Origin: Chrysiogenales bacterium
GTDB lineage: Bacteria > Acidobacteriota > Aminicenantia > UBA2199
Direction of reading: 5' to 3'
DNA: 64,000 nucleotides
Assembly (NCBI GenBank): GCA_963700535.1
Contig: CAVOXU010000001.1
Span: forward strand, 118,699-182,698
The notes beneath the pieces are model-generated. The model was not told the DNA's origin and ran no database searches. It was given only the letters and a program-made list of their open reading frames with translations. Position numbers and translations under genes: made by a program. Below are positions 44,222 to 53,101 of this stretch, one piece after another. The stretch's first letter is position 1, and each line of letters starts with the position of its first letter.

Positions 44222-44636
44222 CTGATTCCTCCTCTTTCTCTGAAAAATCTTCGCTTTCCCTTTCCTCGCTGCGGCTCTCCATGGTCTTTTTGCGGATCTT
44301 GTCGATCTTGGCCCATTTTTTGGTCAGTTTGTTGGATTTCTTCAGCTTGTCATCAAGCCGCAGAGTAATGAAGCGCAGCACTTTTTCCATTTGCTTCAGG
44401 CGCCTTTCCAGGGTGGTGATGATCGCGCCGTCGACTTCGGTCTGGATGAACACGTAATAGCCTTCCAGGTTTTTTTTAATTGGAAAGGCCATTTTTTTTC
44501 TTCCCCATTCATCAAGATTTTCAATGACGCCCTTGGCTTTCTTGATGGTGGCGGTGATGGACTCGATGATTTTTTTGACTTCTTCCTCATTGACCTCGGG
44601 GGTTATGATGAAGCCAATCTCATACCTGCTGATCAT
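44205..44636 (-). CDS. rpsF: 30S ribosomal protein S6 with charged C-terminal tail
   Basis: [17 protein letters not shown]...[21 protein letters not shown] lies inside the pth 3' end. Overlaps rpsR by 17 nt. Confidence 0.9.
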   Translation of the reverse strand: MISRYEIGFIITPEVNEEEVKKIIESITATIKKAKGVIENLDEWGRKKMAFPIKKNLEGYYVFIQTEVDGAIITTLERRLKQMEKVLRFITLRLDDKLKKSNKLTKKWAKIDKIRKKTMESRSEERESEDFSEKEEESDADEK

Positions 44637-45255
44637 TTTTCCTCCTTGTGGATGTTTTAGCCTCTTCTTTTTGAAGAAGCAAGGAGTTCTTTCTCCTGTT
44701 GAATATATTCATGGTACTGTGAATATCATTTTCCAGAATCATTTGCGCCGCTTCAGCGGCACTGACGACTCCTTCCTGAAGCTTGGCAAAGGCCTGGCCC
44801 CTGAGGGGCTTCAATACATAGCGTATGATGTCCGCGCTTCTGCGGCCGGGATTGCGAATGCCGATGCGCAGGCGGGGAAAATCCTGGGTGCCGCAATGCT
44901 GGATCACCGAGCGCATTCCCTTGTGGGTGCCGGAGCTCCCGCTGGCGCGGATGCGGATGCTGCCCAGCGGCAGGTCGATGTCATCATAGATCACCAGCAT
45001 ATCGGCATAAGCGAACGAGAACATTTTTTGCAGCTTGTGAACGGCAAGTCCCGATTCGTTCATATAAGTCATGGGTTTGGCCAGGACGACATCTTGACCG
45101 CAGATGCGCGTTTTTTTGTATTGCAGGATCCTGCCCAGGCCGGCCAAAGCGATGTCGTGACGGCGGCAGATCTCCTCGATGCACATGAATCCGGCATTGT
45201 GCGGGCTTTTTTCATATATTTTATCTGGATTACCCAAACCGATGAAAACAAAAAT
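44620..45255 (-). CDS. pth: peptidyl-tRNA hydrolase (start codon uncertain: ATT 45255 or TTG 45237)
   Basis: The frame reads I-F-V-F-I-G-L-G-N-P-D-K...HNAGF directly after the rplY TAA. The conserved (L)IVGLGNPG block begins upstream of the TTG used in the ORF track. Confidence 0.85.
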   Translation of the reverse strand: MFVFIGLGNPDKIYEKSPHNAGFMCIEEICRRHDIALAGLGRILQYKKTRICGQDVVLAKPMTYMNESGLAVHKLQKMFSFAYADMLVIYDDIDLPLGSIRIRASGSSGTHKGMRSVIQHCGTQDFPRLRIGIRNPGRRSADIIRYVLKPLRGQAFAKLQEGVVSAAEAAQMILENDIHSTMNIFNRRKNSLLLQKEEAKTSTRRKNDQQV

Positions 45256-45978
45256 TTATCCCTCCTTTTTGCCTTTGCCTTTGTCCTTATCTTTGCCTTT
45301 GTCCTTATCCTTGTCTGTTTCCTTGGCTTTCTCCATGCCGGCGGCGGCTTCCGGTGCGGCTTCAGCGCCTTCAACGGCTTCTGCAGCGACCTCTTCCACC
45401 TCAACGACTTCTTCCTTGGCTTTGGCGGCCACAGCGCAGATCACAGTATTGGCCGGAGAGATGATTTGATAGGCTTCGGTTTTGGCCAGGGTCTCCACCT
45501 TGATTGACTGGCCGATATGCAGGGCCGAAATATCCACACGGATCTCCTTGGGAATACTGGTGGGCAAGCTGCGCACCAGCAATTCGCGGGAAATGAATTC
45601 CAGCAGACCGTCCTCGGTCTTGACACCGATGGGTTCGCCTTCGAGCACCACGGGCACTTCGACTTCCACAGGCTTGTTAAGGTCGATGCGGATGAAATCG
45701 ACATGGATGATGTGGTCTGACAGATAATCGTACTGAATATCCTTGATCATGGCGTCGAATTTGGATTTTTCGCCCTGGGTGATGCGCAGGATCGAGTTTT
45801 CCTTGTTCTCTGATTTCAGGATGCCCTTGATGTCGCTCATGTTCACCGCGATGGGGATGCTTTCGGCGCTGATGCCGTAAAGAATGGCCGGGATCTTGCC
45901 CTGGGCCCGCAGTCCCTTGCGGGCCTGCTTGCTTATTTCCTTTCTCAGTTCCGCGTTGATCGTGATCAAATTTTCCAT
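45256..45978 (-). CDS. rplY: 50S ribosomal protein L25/general stress protein Ctc, Lys/Asp-rich tail
   Basis: ATG at 45978 (MENLITINAELR) preceded by AAAGAGGTGA. Two-domain Ctc form. The tail reads KETDKDKDKGKDKDKGKGKKEG. Confidence 0.88.
   Translation of the reverse strand: MENLITINAELRKEISKQARKGLRAQGKIPAILYGISAESIPIAVNMSDIKGILKSENKENSILRITQGEKSKFDAMIKDIQYDYLSDHIIHVDFIRIDLNKPVEVEVPVVLEGEPIGVKTEDGLLEFISRELLVRSLPTSIPKEIRVDISALHIGQSIKVETLAKTEAYQIISPANTVICAVAAKAKEEVVEVEEVAAEAVEGAEAAPEAAAGMEKAKETDKDKDKGKDKDKGKGKKEG
45273..45308. repeat. exact 18-bp tandem duplication (CTTTGCCTTTGTCCTTAT x2) in the rplY tail
   Basis: Direct reading. It encodes the repeated DKDKGK. Confidence 0.8.
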
Positions 45979-45995
45979 TTTCACCTCTTTTATTT

Positions 45996-46944
45996 TTACA
46001 AAAATAATTTCGAAACGGAAGTTTCCCTGTGGATGCTGGCAATGGCGTCGGCGAAGAGCTTGGATACGGAAAGCACTTCGATCTTCTGGCATTCATCCGG
46101 GCGGCAGTGCAAGGGAATGGTGTTGGTGACGAATATTTTTTCCAGGGGCGCCTCGTTGATCCTGGCCAGGGCATTTCCGGAAAATATGCCGTGGGTGCAG
46201 GCGGCAAAGACCTTTTTTGGCACCATTCTTTTTCAGGGCGTTGATGGTCGCGCTCAGGGTGCCGGCGGTATCGATGATGTCGTCGACGATGATGGCGTTC
46301 TTGTTCTCCACGTCACCGATGATATGCATCAACTCGGCCACGTTCGGAGCCGTCCTTTTTTTATCGGCGATGGCCAGGTCGGCGTTCAGCTTGCGCGCGA
46401 ATAAACGAGCCCTTTCCACGCCGCCGGCGTCGGGAGAAACGATGACCAGGTCCTGCAGTTTCATCCTTTTGAAATGGGAAATGAAGACAGGCAGGGCCAT
46501 GAGGTTGTCGACGGGAATGTTGAAAAAACCCTGGATTTGGGCGGCGTGAAGGTCTATGGTCAGGACCCGGGAAAAACCGGCGGTTTCCAGCAGATCGGCG
46601 AGCAGCCGCGCCGAAATGGCGACCCTGGGCCTGTCCTTGCGGTCCTGGCGGGCATAAGCGTAATAGGCGATCACGGCCGTGATGCGGCGGGCCGAGGCCC
46701 TTTTGAAAGCATCGGCCATCAGCAGCAGTTCCATGATATGGAAATTGCTGTCCGCGCACAGTGATTGCACGATGAACACATCGGCGCCGCGGACGTTTTC
46801 GTGGCTCTGAAAACGGATCTCGCCGTCGGAAAACACATCCAATACCGACTGACCCAGCGTGCGGTGCAGGTTCCTGGCGATTTCGCCGGCAAGTTTCTCA
46901 TTGGCAGAACCGGAAAAAATCAAAAATTTATTCTCGTTTGTCAT
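45996..46944 (-). pseudogene. prs: ribose-phosphate pyrophosphokinase, frame break at the T6 run 46213-46218
   Basis: ORF 46093..46944 carries DLHAAQIQGFF, VSPDAGGV and IVDDIIDTAGT. The C-terminus (KKVFAACTHGIFSG...ETSVSKLF) is in ORF 45996..46226. One fewer A in the minus-strand A6 restores the frame. Confidence 0.9.
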
Positions 46945-47861
46945 CGGGTTTTTCTGGGGCGGTAGGATTCGAACCTACGAATCTCGGCTCCAAAGGCCGA
47001 TGCCTTACCGCTTGGCCACACCCCAATTCGCTCCTGATAATTTTTTCTGGTCATGGTCCGGGTCTGTATCACGCCGGGCAGAATCGCGGGCAAGGCAGCC
47101 ATTTTTCTTGCCGGGCCGATAGCGAATACCGCTGAACCACTGCCTGTCATTTGCACGAGATCGCATCCTCCTCGCAACATTTTCCGCTTGATTTCCCTGA
47201 TTTCCGGAAATAAATCAAAAGTAACGCTTTCCAGTTCATTTTCTAAAATGGAGAAATCTCTTCTTCTCAGGAAGAGTTTTATTTTACTGGGAAACAGGGC
47301 TTTTGTCAAGCGCCAGCGGGAAAAAATCAACGCCGTGGAAACGCGCTGAGGCGGAATGAACAAGGCAATGGGACGGGCGCGGATTTCAGGCAGGGGGGAC
47401 AGCAACTCCCCTATCCCTTCGCCCAGAACCGTGCCGCCGATGAGAAAAAAAGGCACATCGGCCCCCAAACCGGCCGCCATTTCATTCAACTCCGCTAAAG
47501 GGATGTTCAAATTGAAGTACTGGTTGAGAAAAAGCAGCATGACGGCGGCGTTGCCGCTGCCGCCTCCCAGTCCCGATCCGGGAGGAATATGCTTGCTTAC
47601 CGTGATGTCAAAGCCGCTGCGCAGGGGATAGTTTTCATAGATCAGCCGGCAGGCGCGGGCGATGGTGTTGCTGTCGTCCCAGGCCAGGCGCGGGTCGGAA
47701 CCTTTCAAGGTGATGCGGGGCAGCGGATTTTCTTGCAGCCGCAATACATCGCTCAAATCTATGGTCTGGAAGATGGTCCGCAAGGTATGGTAGCCATCCG
47801 CCCTTTTGCCGGTGATCTCCAACCCCAGGTTGATCTTGGCGAAAGAGCGCAGTTCAATCAT
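46941..47861 (-). CDS. ispE: 4-diphosphocytidyl-2-C-methyl-D-erythritol kinase (3' end runs through tRNA-Gln; true stop unclear)
   Basis: ATG at 47861 (MIELRSFAKINLGL). GHMP motif PPGSGLGGGSGNAA. No in-frame stop occurs before 46941, so the last ~28 codons are the tRNA sequence. Confidence 0.85.
   Translation of the reverse strand: MIELRSFAKINLGLEITGKRADGYHTLRTIFQTIDLSDVLRLQENPLPRITLKGSDPRLAWDDSNTIARACRLIYENYPLRSGFDITVSKHIPPGSGLGGGSGNAAVMLLFLNQYFNLNIPLAELNEMAAGLGADVPFFLIGGTVLGEGIGELLSPLPEIRARPIALFIPPQRVSTALIFSRWRLTKALFPSKIKLFLRRRDFSILENELESVTFDLFPEIREIKRKMLRGGCDLVQMTGSGSAVFAIGPARKMAALPAILPGVIQTRTMTRKNYQERIGVWPSGKASAFGAEIRRFESYRPRKTR
46954..47025 (-). tRNA. tRNA-Gln (anticodon UUG)
   Basis: Cloverleaf folded by hand: acceptor TGGGGTG/CGCCCCA, anticodon stem TCGGC/GCCGA with loop CT-TTG-GA, T-arm GTAGG-TTCGAAT-CCTAC. 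72 nt. Confidence 0.85.
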
Positions 47862-48439
47862 CGCCCAGCACGCTTGCGAGGTCGGCAGCCCGATAACGGC
47901 CGCTGTAATCGATGAGAACGATTTGACCCGGGCGGAATTCACGTCGGGAAATCTTCAGGGTCAGATCGGCTTGAGCCAAGGCGAAACCTGACCGACTCGG
48001 GGCTGCCGCTGCCGCTGTTTTTTTTCAGGGAGACCGAGATCCCCCTGCCTTTGAGTTCGTCATGCGGGACCTGGCCTTTGACCAGGATCTGCTTCAAATC
48101 ATCCAGGGTCAGTTCGATGCCCCACAGCCGCTGCAGCAGGGAAACGAACTCCCCCTTCCAGAATATTTTTTTGGCAAAATTAAGCAGCACGGCTTCTTCG
48201 CCGGCGACATTCAGTTCCAGGCCTACCTGGTTGAGCGGGGTAAAAAAAAGGAATTTAGCGTAGTGATCATCAAAACGCCAGTGGATGCGGCCGTTTTGTT
48301 TGCTTTCGCCGTCGTGGAAATTGAATTTGATGCTCAGGGATTGAAAATAAGGCCCGGACGGAGGCAGAAGCTCGGGTTTGCGGGCCTGGCAGGAAATGAA
48401 AAGCACGATCCCGAGCAAAATCGTGATTTTTTTCAGCAT
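47855..48439 (-). pseudogene. small outer-membrane lipoprotein, LolB-like by position; frame break near 47965-47985
   Basis: Signal peptide plus lipobox (LGIVLFISC). After ...ESVRFRL the sequence continues in another frame (AQADLTLKISRREFRPGQIVLIDYSGRYRAADLASVLGDD) to a TGA that overlaps the ispE ATG (GATGATTGA). Confidence 0.6.
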
Positions 48440-48526
48440 TGGCTTTTATTTTATCATAATTTCAAGCCATTTGTCGCTGCCAGGAAGAAAAATGCCGGAG
48501 TGGATGGAAGTGGCGAAAACCCTGCC

Positions 48527-48555
48527 TTGACCGCTGCCGGCGCTTATGCTACCAT
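48527..48555 (+). promoter_or_regulatory. promoter candidate for tRNA-Leu (TTGACC-17-TACCAT)
   Basis: Hexamers at 48527-48532 and 48550-48555. The tRNA 5' end is 10 nt downstream. Confidence 0.35.
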
Positions 48556-48565
48556 CGGTAATCGG

Positions 48566-48649
48566 GCCGGGGTGGCGGAATTGGCAGACGCACGGGACTT
48601 AAAATCCCGGGAGGGCAACCTCGTGGGGGTTCGATTCCCCCCTCCGGCA
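48566..48649 (+). tRNA. tRNA-Leu (anticodon UAA), class II with long variable arm
   Basis: Acceptor GCCGGGG/CTCCGGC, anticodon stem CGGGA/TCCCG with loop CT-TAA-AA, T-arm GGGGG-TTCGATT-CCCCC. 84 nt. Confidence 0.85.
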
Positions 48650-48658
48650 TATGTTTAG

Positions 48659-48798
48659 AACAAGTGATTAGTGGTAACAGAGTGATTCAGTGTATTACGA
48701 GTTTGAAGATAATTTCAAACAGCATTCTAATATCGTTAGCGAAGCGGATTCCACCGTCCGGCGTGAGATGTGATTAGCAACAAGTGATTAGTGATTGG
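48659..48798. repeat. 15-nt direct repeat AACAAGTGATTAGTG (48659-48673 and 48779-48793) plus a cluster of GTGATTNG motifs
   Basis: Direct reading. GTGATTAG is at 48664, 48770 and 48784. Variants GTGATTCAG (48682) and GTGATTGG (48791) also occur. Confidence 0.7.
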
Positions 48799-48894
48799 TT
48801 AGAAAAAGCATTATATGAAATTCCAATGACCATTCTTACCGAGTTTTTGAAACACCAATTCCACCAATACATTACTGATACCAACAAATAGGTC

Positions 48895-48911
48895 GCGGGG
48901 GCACTCCCCGC
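48895..48911. terminator. GC-rich hairpin GCGGGG-GCACT-CCCCGC between convergent tRNA-Leu and the RND operon
   Basis: 6-bp perfect stem with a 5-nt loop, 16 nt after the RND pump stop. On the minus strand it is followed by GACCTATTTGTTGG (only a weak T-tract). Confidence 0.4.
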
Positions 48912-48926
48912 CCCCGCTGGAAGCTT

Positions 48927-51900
48927 CTACTTGGTCTTGATCTTGGCGAAATAGGTGTACAGGATCGGTATGAAGAACTGGGTGAGAAATATCGTGGCGG
49001 AGAGGCCGCCGATCACCGCGACGGCCATGGGAGCGCTCATCTCGCCGCCCTGCTTGGTGGTCAGGGCCATGGGCACCATGCCGGCGATAGTGGTGATCGA
49101 GGTGATCAGGACCGGCCGCAGGCGCGTCGCCGCCCCCTTGACCACGGCTTCCAGGCGTTCCATGCCGGTGCCGATGAGCTGGTTGATATAGTCTACCATG
49201 ACGATGCCGTTGTTTACGGCGATGCCGGTGAAAATGATGAAGCCCATGATGGCGCCCATGTTGATGGTCGTGTGGGTGAGGGCCAGCATAACTACCACGC
49301 CGATGAAGCCCAGGGGGATGGTGAACATGTTGATGAACGGGAATTTCAGGTTCTCATAGAGCGAGGCCATGACGGCGAAGACCAGCACCAGGGCGATCAG
49401 CAGGGCAAAGCCCAGGGTGGTGAAGGTCTCGGTCATGTTTTCGTACTGGCCGGCCTGCTCGATGAAATAGCCCTCGGGCAGGCGGGAACTGATACCGGCG
49501 GTCTTGGCCTTGATCTCCTTGACGATTGAGCCCAGGTCGCGGCCTACGAAGTTGGCCCCGACAGTGACCTTGCGCACCATGTTCTCGCGGTCGATGCGCA
49601 CCGGGCCGAAGAGGCTCTTGAAATCAGCCACCTCGGAGAGGTAGACCTTGGTCCCGGTCGGTGTCTGGATGGGAAGTTTTTTCAGGTCGGCGATGGAAGT
49701 GCGGTCGCTCTCATCGAGCTGCACGCGAATGTCGCGGTCCTCCCCTTCCAAAATCATGCGCGATACAACAGTGCCGATGGTATAGGTACGGACCTGGCTG
49801 GATATGGCGTAGGGGGTCAGCCCCAACTTGGAGGCCTCTTCCTTCTTGATGTGCAGCTGCAGTTCGGGCTTGCTCTTCTCCAGGGAGACCTTGACGTCGC
49901 GCAACCCCTCGATGTCGACGATCCTGGCGCGGACGCTCTCGGCGATGCGCTCGAGCTGGGTCATGTCGCGGCCGAAGCAGTTGATCTCGATGGGATTGTT
50001 GGAGGAGCCCATCATCGAGGCGCCGGCGATGTCGATGGCCGTAATACGGCTGTTCTCCAGCGTGGGGAACGACCGTCGCCAGCGCTCCAGGATCTGTTTG
50101 TCCGACTCCTTCCTCTCGCCGCTGGGCTTGAGATAAGCATAGATGATCGCCTCGTATGAGCCGGCGGCGCCGGTGCCGCTGGCCGTGTCCTGGGCGCTCA
50201 TCTCGCTGGTGCCGACCTGGACGAAGGTGGTGATGACGTTGGGGTCTTTGAGCGACTGCTCCTCGACGTACTTGACGATGCGGTCGGTCTCGTCGACATT
50301 GGTGCCGATCGGCATGGAGAGCTTCAGGTAGAGCATGGCGCTGTCGGTGGCGGGCATGAACTCCGTACCCAGGAAGGTGGCGCCGATCATGGCCATGACA
50401 AAGGCGGCAATGATGCCGAGCAGCACTTTTTTTCTATGGACCAGGGCCTTGCGCAGCCAGCCCTCATAGAGGTTGCGCGCCGGGGTGAACTTGTCCTCGC
50501 CCAGGTCGACGGTCCCTTCGGCCGTTTGCACCCCTTTTTTCCTTTGGGCACGGAACATCCAGGCGGCCAGCATGGGCACGATGGTCAGGGCCACGAACAG
50601 CGAAGCCATCAGGGCGATGATCACCGAGACGGCCAGGCTCTGCGCCATGCGGCCGGCGATGCCGGTGGCGAACACCATGGGGAAGAAGACGGCCACGGTG
50701 GTCAGGGTGGAGCCGGTAATGGCGAGCCCGACCTCGGAAGTGCCCGTGCGCGCCGCCTCGGTGGGGCTCATGCCCTCCTGCAGGTGGCGGAAGATGTTCT
50801 CGATGACCACCACGGCATTGTCGACAAGCATGCCCACCCCCAAGGCCAGCCCTCCCAGGGTGATCAAATTCAGAGTGTAGCCCATTATATAGAAAGCGAT
50901 GAAGGCCACAACGATGGACAGCGGGATGGTGATGCCGATGGCAATGGTGGGCTTGAGATTGCGCAAAAAGAGGAAGATGAGCAGCATGGCCAGGAGTCCG
51001 CCAATGATGATGTTCTTGGTCGCTTTTCCGGACATCATTTCGATAATGCGCGACATGTCGAGCCAGACATGGAACTTGACCCCGCCCTTGAGGGTAGGCT
51101 CGACCGCGGCCAGCACTTTCTTCACCTGGCGGGCGACCAGCACCGAGTTGGCGCCGGAGCTCTTGGTAACCATCATCATGACGCCCTTGGTGCCGTTGAG
51201 GCGCAGTTTCAGGCGGGCCTCCTTCGCGGCTTCCTTCACGGTGCCGAGGTCCTTGAGGAAGATCGGCGCGCCGCTGCGGCTCATGCCGACCAGGATGTCG
51301 CCGATCTCGGAAAAGGTCTTGAACTCGCCCATGGAGCGCAGCAGGAATTCCTTGTGGTTCTCGGTCATATAGCCGGCCGGCAGGTTGATGTTCGATGCCT
51401 GGATGGCCATTTCCACCTGGCCGATGTTCAGGCCGCGCGACTCGAGCTTGCCCTTGTCTATGCTGACCAGTACCTCGTTCATCTCGGGCGAAAAGACCGC
51501 GGTCGAGGCCACGCCCTCGATGCGCTCCAGGCGGGTGGCCACCTCGTTGTCGATGTAATCGCGCAGCTTGCTCAGGCTCATGTTGCCGCCGGTGATGCCG
51601 TAGGCGATGATCGGCATCTGCGAGAAATTGAACTTCATGACGAAGGGTTCATCGGCCCCGGAGGGCAGGAATTGCGAGTACATGCCGATGGTGTCGCGTA
51701 TGTCCTGGGCGGCGAAGTCGAGGTTGGTCCCCCATTCAAACTCGACCATGACCACCGATTGCCCCTCCAAAGATATGGACTTGAGGTCCTTGATGCCCGA
51801 GACCGTGGAAATCCACTGCTCGACCGGACGGGTTATGTTCTGCTCGATATCTTCGGAGGAGACGCCGCCATAGGTCGTTATTACGGTGATATAGGGGTAA

Positions 51901-52022
51901 TCCATGTCTGGCAGCATGTCCAGGCCCAGCTTGGTGAAGGAGATCATGCCCAGGATGACGATGACCAGGACCACCATGGACATGGTCACCCGTTTTTTCA
52001 GTGAAAAATCGACGATCTTCAT
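48927..52022 (-). CDS. RND efflux transporter permease (AcrB/HAE1-like)
   Basis: 1031-aa uninterrupted ORF with 12-TM architecture and two large periplasmic loops. Confidence 0.9.
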   Translation of the reverse strand: MKIVDFSLKKRVTMSMVVLVIVILGMISFTKLGLDMLPDMDYPYITVITTYGGVSSEDIEQNITRPVEQWISTVSGIKDLKSISLEGQSVVMVEFEWGTNLDFAAQDIRDTIGMYSQFLPSGADEPFVMKFNFSQMPIIAYGITGGNMSLSKLRDYIDNEVATRLERIEGVASTAVFSPEMNEVLVSIDKGKLESRGLNIGQVEMAIQASNINLPAGYMTENHKEFLLRSMGEFKTFSEIGDILVGMSRSGAPIFLKDLGTVKEAAKEARLKLRLNGTKGVMMMVTKSSGANSVLVARQVKKVLAAVEPTLKGGVKFHVWLDMSRIIEMMSGKATKNIIIGGLLAMLLIFLFLRNLKPTIAIGITIPLSIVVAFIAFYIMGYTLNLITLGGLALGVGMLVDNAVVVIENIFRHLQEGMSPTEAARTGTSEVGLAITGSTLTTVAVFFPMVFATGIAGRMAQSLAVSVIIALMASLFVALTIVPMLAAWMFRAQRKKGVQTAEGTVDLGEDKFTPARNLYEGWLRKALVHRKKVLLGIIAAFVMAMIGATFLGTEFMPATDSAMLYLKLSMPIGTNVDETDRIVKYVEEQSLKDPNVITTFVQVGTSEMSAQDTASGTGAAGSYEAIIYAYLKPSGERKESDKQILERWRRSFPTLENSRITAIDIAGASMMGSSNNPIEINCFGRDMTQLERIAESVRARIVDIEGLRDVKVSLEKSKPELQLHIKKEEASKLGLTPYAISSQVRTYTIGTVVSRMILEGEDRDIRVQLDESDRTSIADLKKLPIQTPTGTKVYLSEVADFKSLFGPVRIDRENMVRKVTVGANFVGRDLGSIVKEIKAKTAGISSRLPEGYFIEQAGQYENMTETFTTLGFALLIALVLVFAVMASLYENLKFPFINMFTIPLGFIGVVVMLALTHTTINMGAIMGFIIFTGIAVNNGIVMVDYINQLIGTGMERLEAVVKGAATRLRPVLITSITTIAGMVPMALTTKQGGEMSAPMAVAVIGGLSATIFLTQFFIPILYTYFAKIKTK

Positions 52023-53101
52023 TTTTTGTCTCCAGCCATGACGATGGTGGTGCCTTCTTTCAGGTCATAATTGCCTTCAACGAGCACCAGCTCGTCCGGG
52101 CGCACACCGGCGATCACTTCAAAACGGGTGCCGTTCTTCGCGCCGATGGTGACGGCACGCTTGCGGGCCGTGCCGTTTTCGTTGACCATCACTTCCTTGT
52201 CCCCGCTCAGAAGGGCGGAAAGCGGCAGCAGGTAAACGTTCTCCCTGCGGATGTATTCGATGGAAATATCGGCGTACACACCGGCCTTGATCTTCATCTC
52301 CGGGTTGTCGATCCTGATCTCCACCTTGAAGGTCTTGGAGAGCGGATCGGCGGCCAGGTTTTTGGAATAGACCTCACCGATAAAAGTTTCGCCCGGGCGC
52401 GACGATATCCTGACCAGGCATTTCTGGCCGATCCTGATCTTCTCGATCTCCTCGGCCGGGGCGTCCACCGTGACCTTGACCTTGGACAGGTCCATCAGGG
52501 TCAGGATGCTCTGGCCCATGCCCATCATGGGGTTGATCATGTCGCCCTCTTCCATGTTCTTGGCCGCGATCACGCCGGCAAAGGGCGCCTTCATAAAGGC
52601 ATTTTTTGCGGTGTAATCCACCAGGTCCAGGTTGGCCCGGGCGCTCTTCGCTTGCGTGTCGGCGGCGTCGAGGGCCAGCTGGGTGTTCTCGTACTGCATC
52701 TGCGAGATGGCCTTGTTCTCCAGCATTTTTTTCATGCGCTCCGCGTTGAGCTTGGCGTTCTGAAAGGCGGTCTGGGCCACGGCCATGGCCGCCCGCGCCT
52801 GCTTCTGCATCAATTCCAGCGATGTCATGTCCAGAGTGGCCAGCAGCTCGCCCTGGCCGACCTTGTCGCCCTGTTTCTTCAGGATGCGGCCCACGCGGCC
52901 GGAAGCATCGGGGGCGATATTGGCCGTCTTCCAGGCGCTGACCGTCCCCTTATAATTGAAATATATTGCCAGAGTATCCTTCTGCATCAGTTCAGCCTTG
53001 ACCAGCAGCGGCTTCTGTTGCAGCTCGGCCACATCACTTTTTTTTGCGCAAAATGACAAAGCAAAAACCACAACCAGTAATGCGATTAAAATTCTTTTCA
53101 T
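52019..53101 (-). CDS. RND efflux periplasmic adaptor (membrane-fusion protein)
   Basis: 360 aa. Lipoprotein-type signal (ALSFC), coiled-coil hairpin and beta-barrel regions. 4-nt overlaps on both sides. Confidence 0.88.
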   Translation of the reverse strand: MKRILIALLVVVFALSFCAKKSDVAELQQKPLLVKAELMQKDTLAIYFNYKGTVSAWKTANIAPDASGRVGRILKKQGDKVGQGELLATLDMTSLELMQKQARAAMAVAQTAFQNAKLNAERMKKMLENKAISQMQYENTQLALDAADTQAKSARANLDLVDYTAKNAFMKAPFAGVIAAKNMEEGDMINPMMGMGQSILTLMDLSKVKVTVDAPAEEIEKIRIGQKCLVRISSRPGETFIGEVYSKNLAADPLSKTFKVEIRIDNPEMKIKAGVYADISIEYIRRENVYLLPLSALLSGDKEVMVNENGTARKRAVTIGAKNGTRFEVIAGVRPDELVLVEGNYDLKEGTTIVMAGDKK

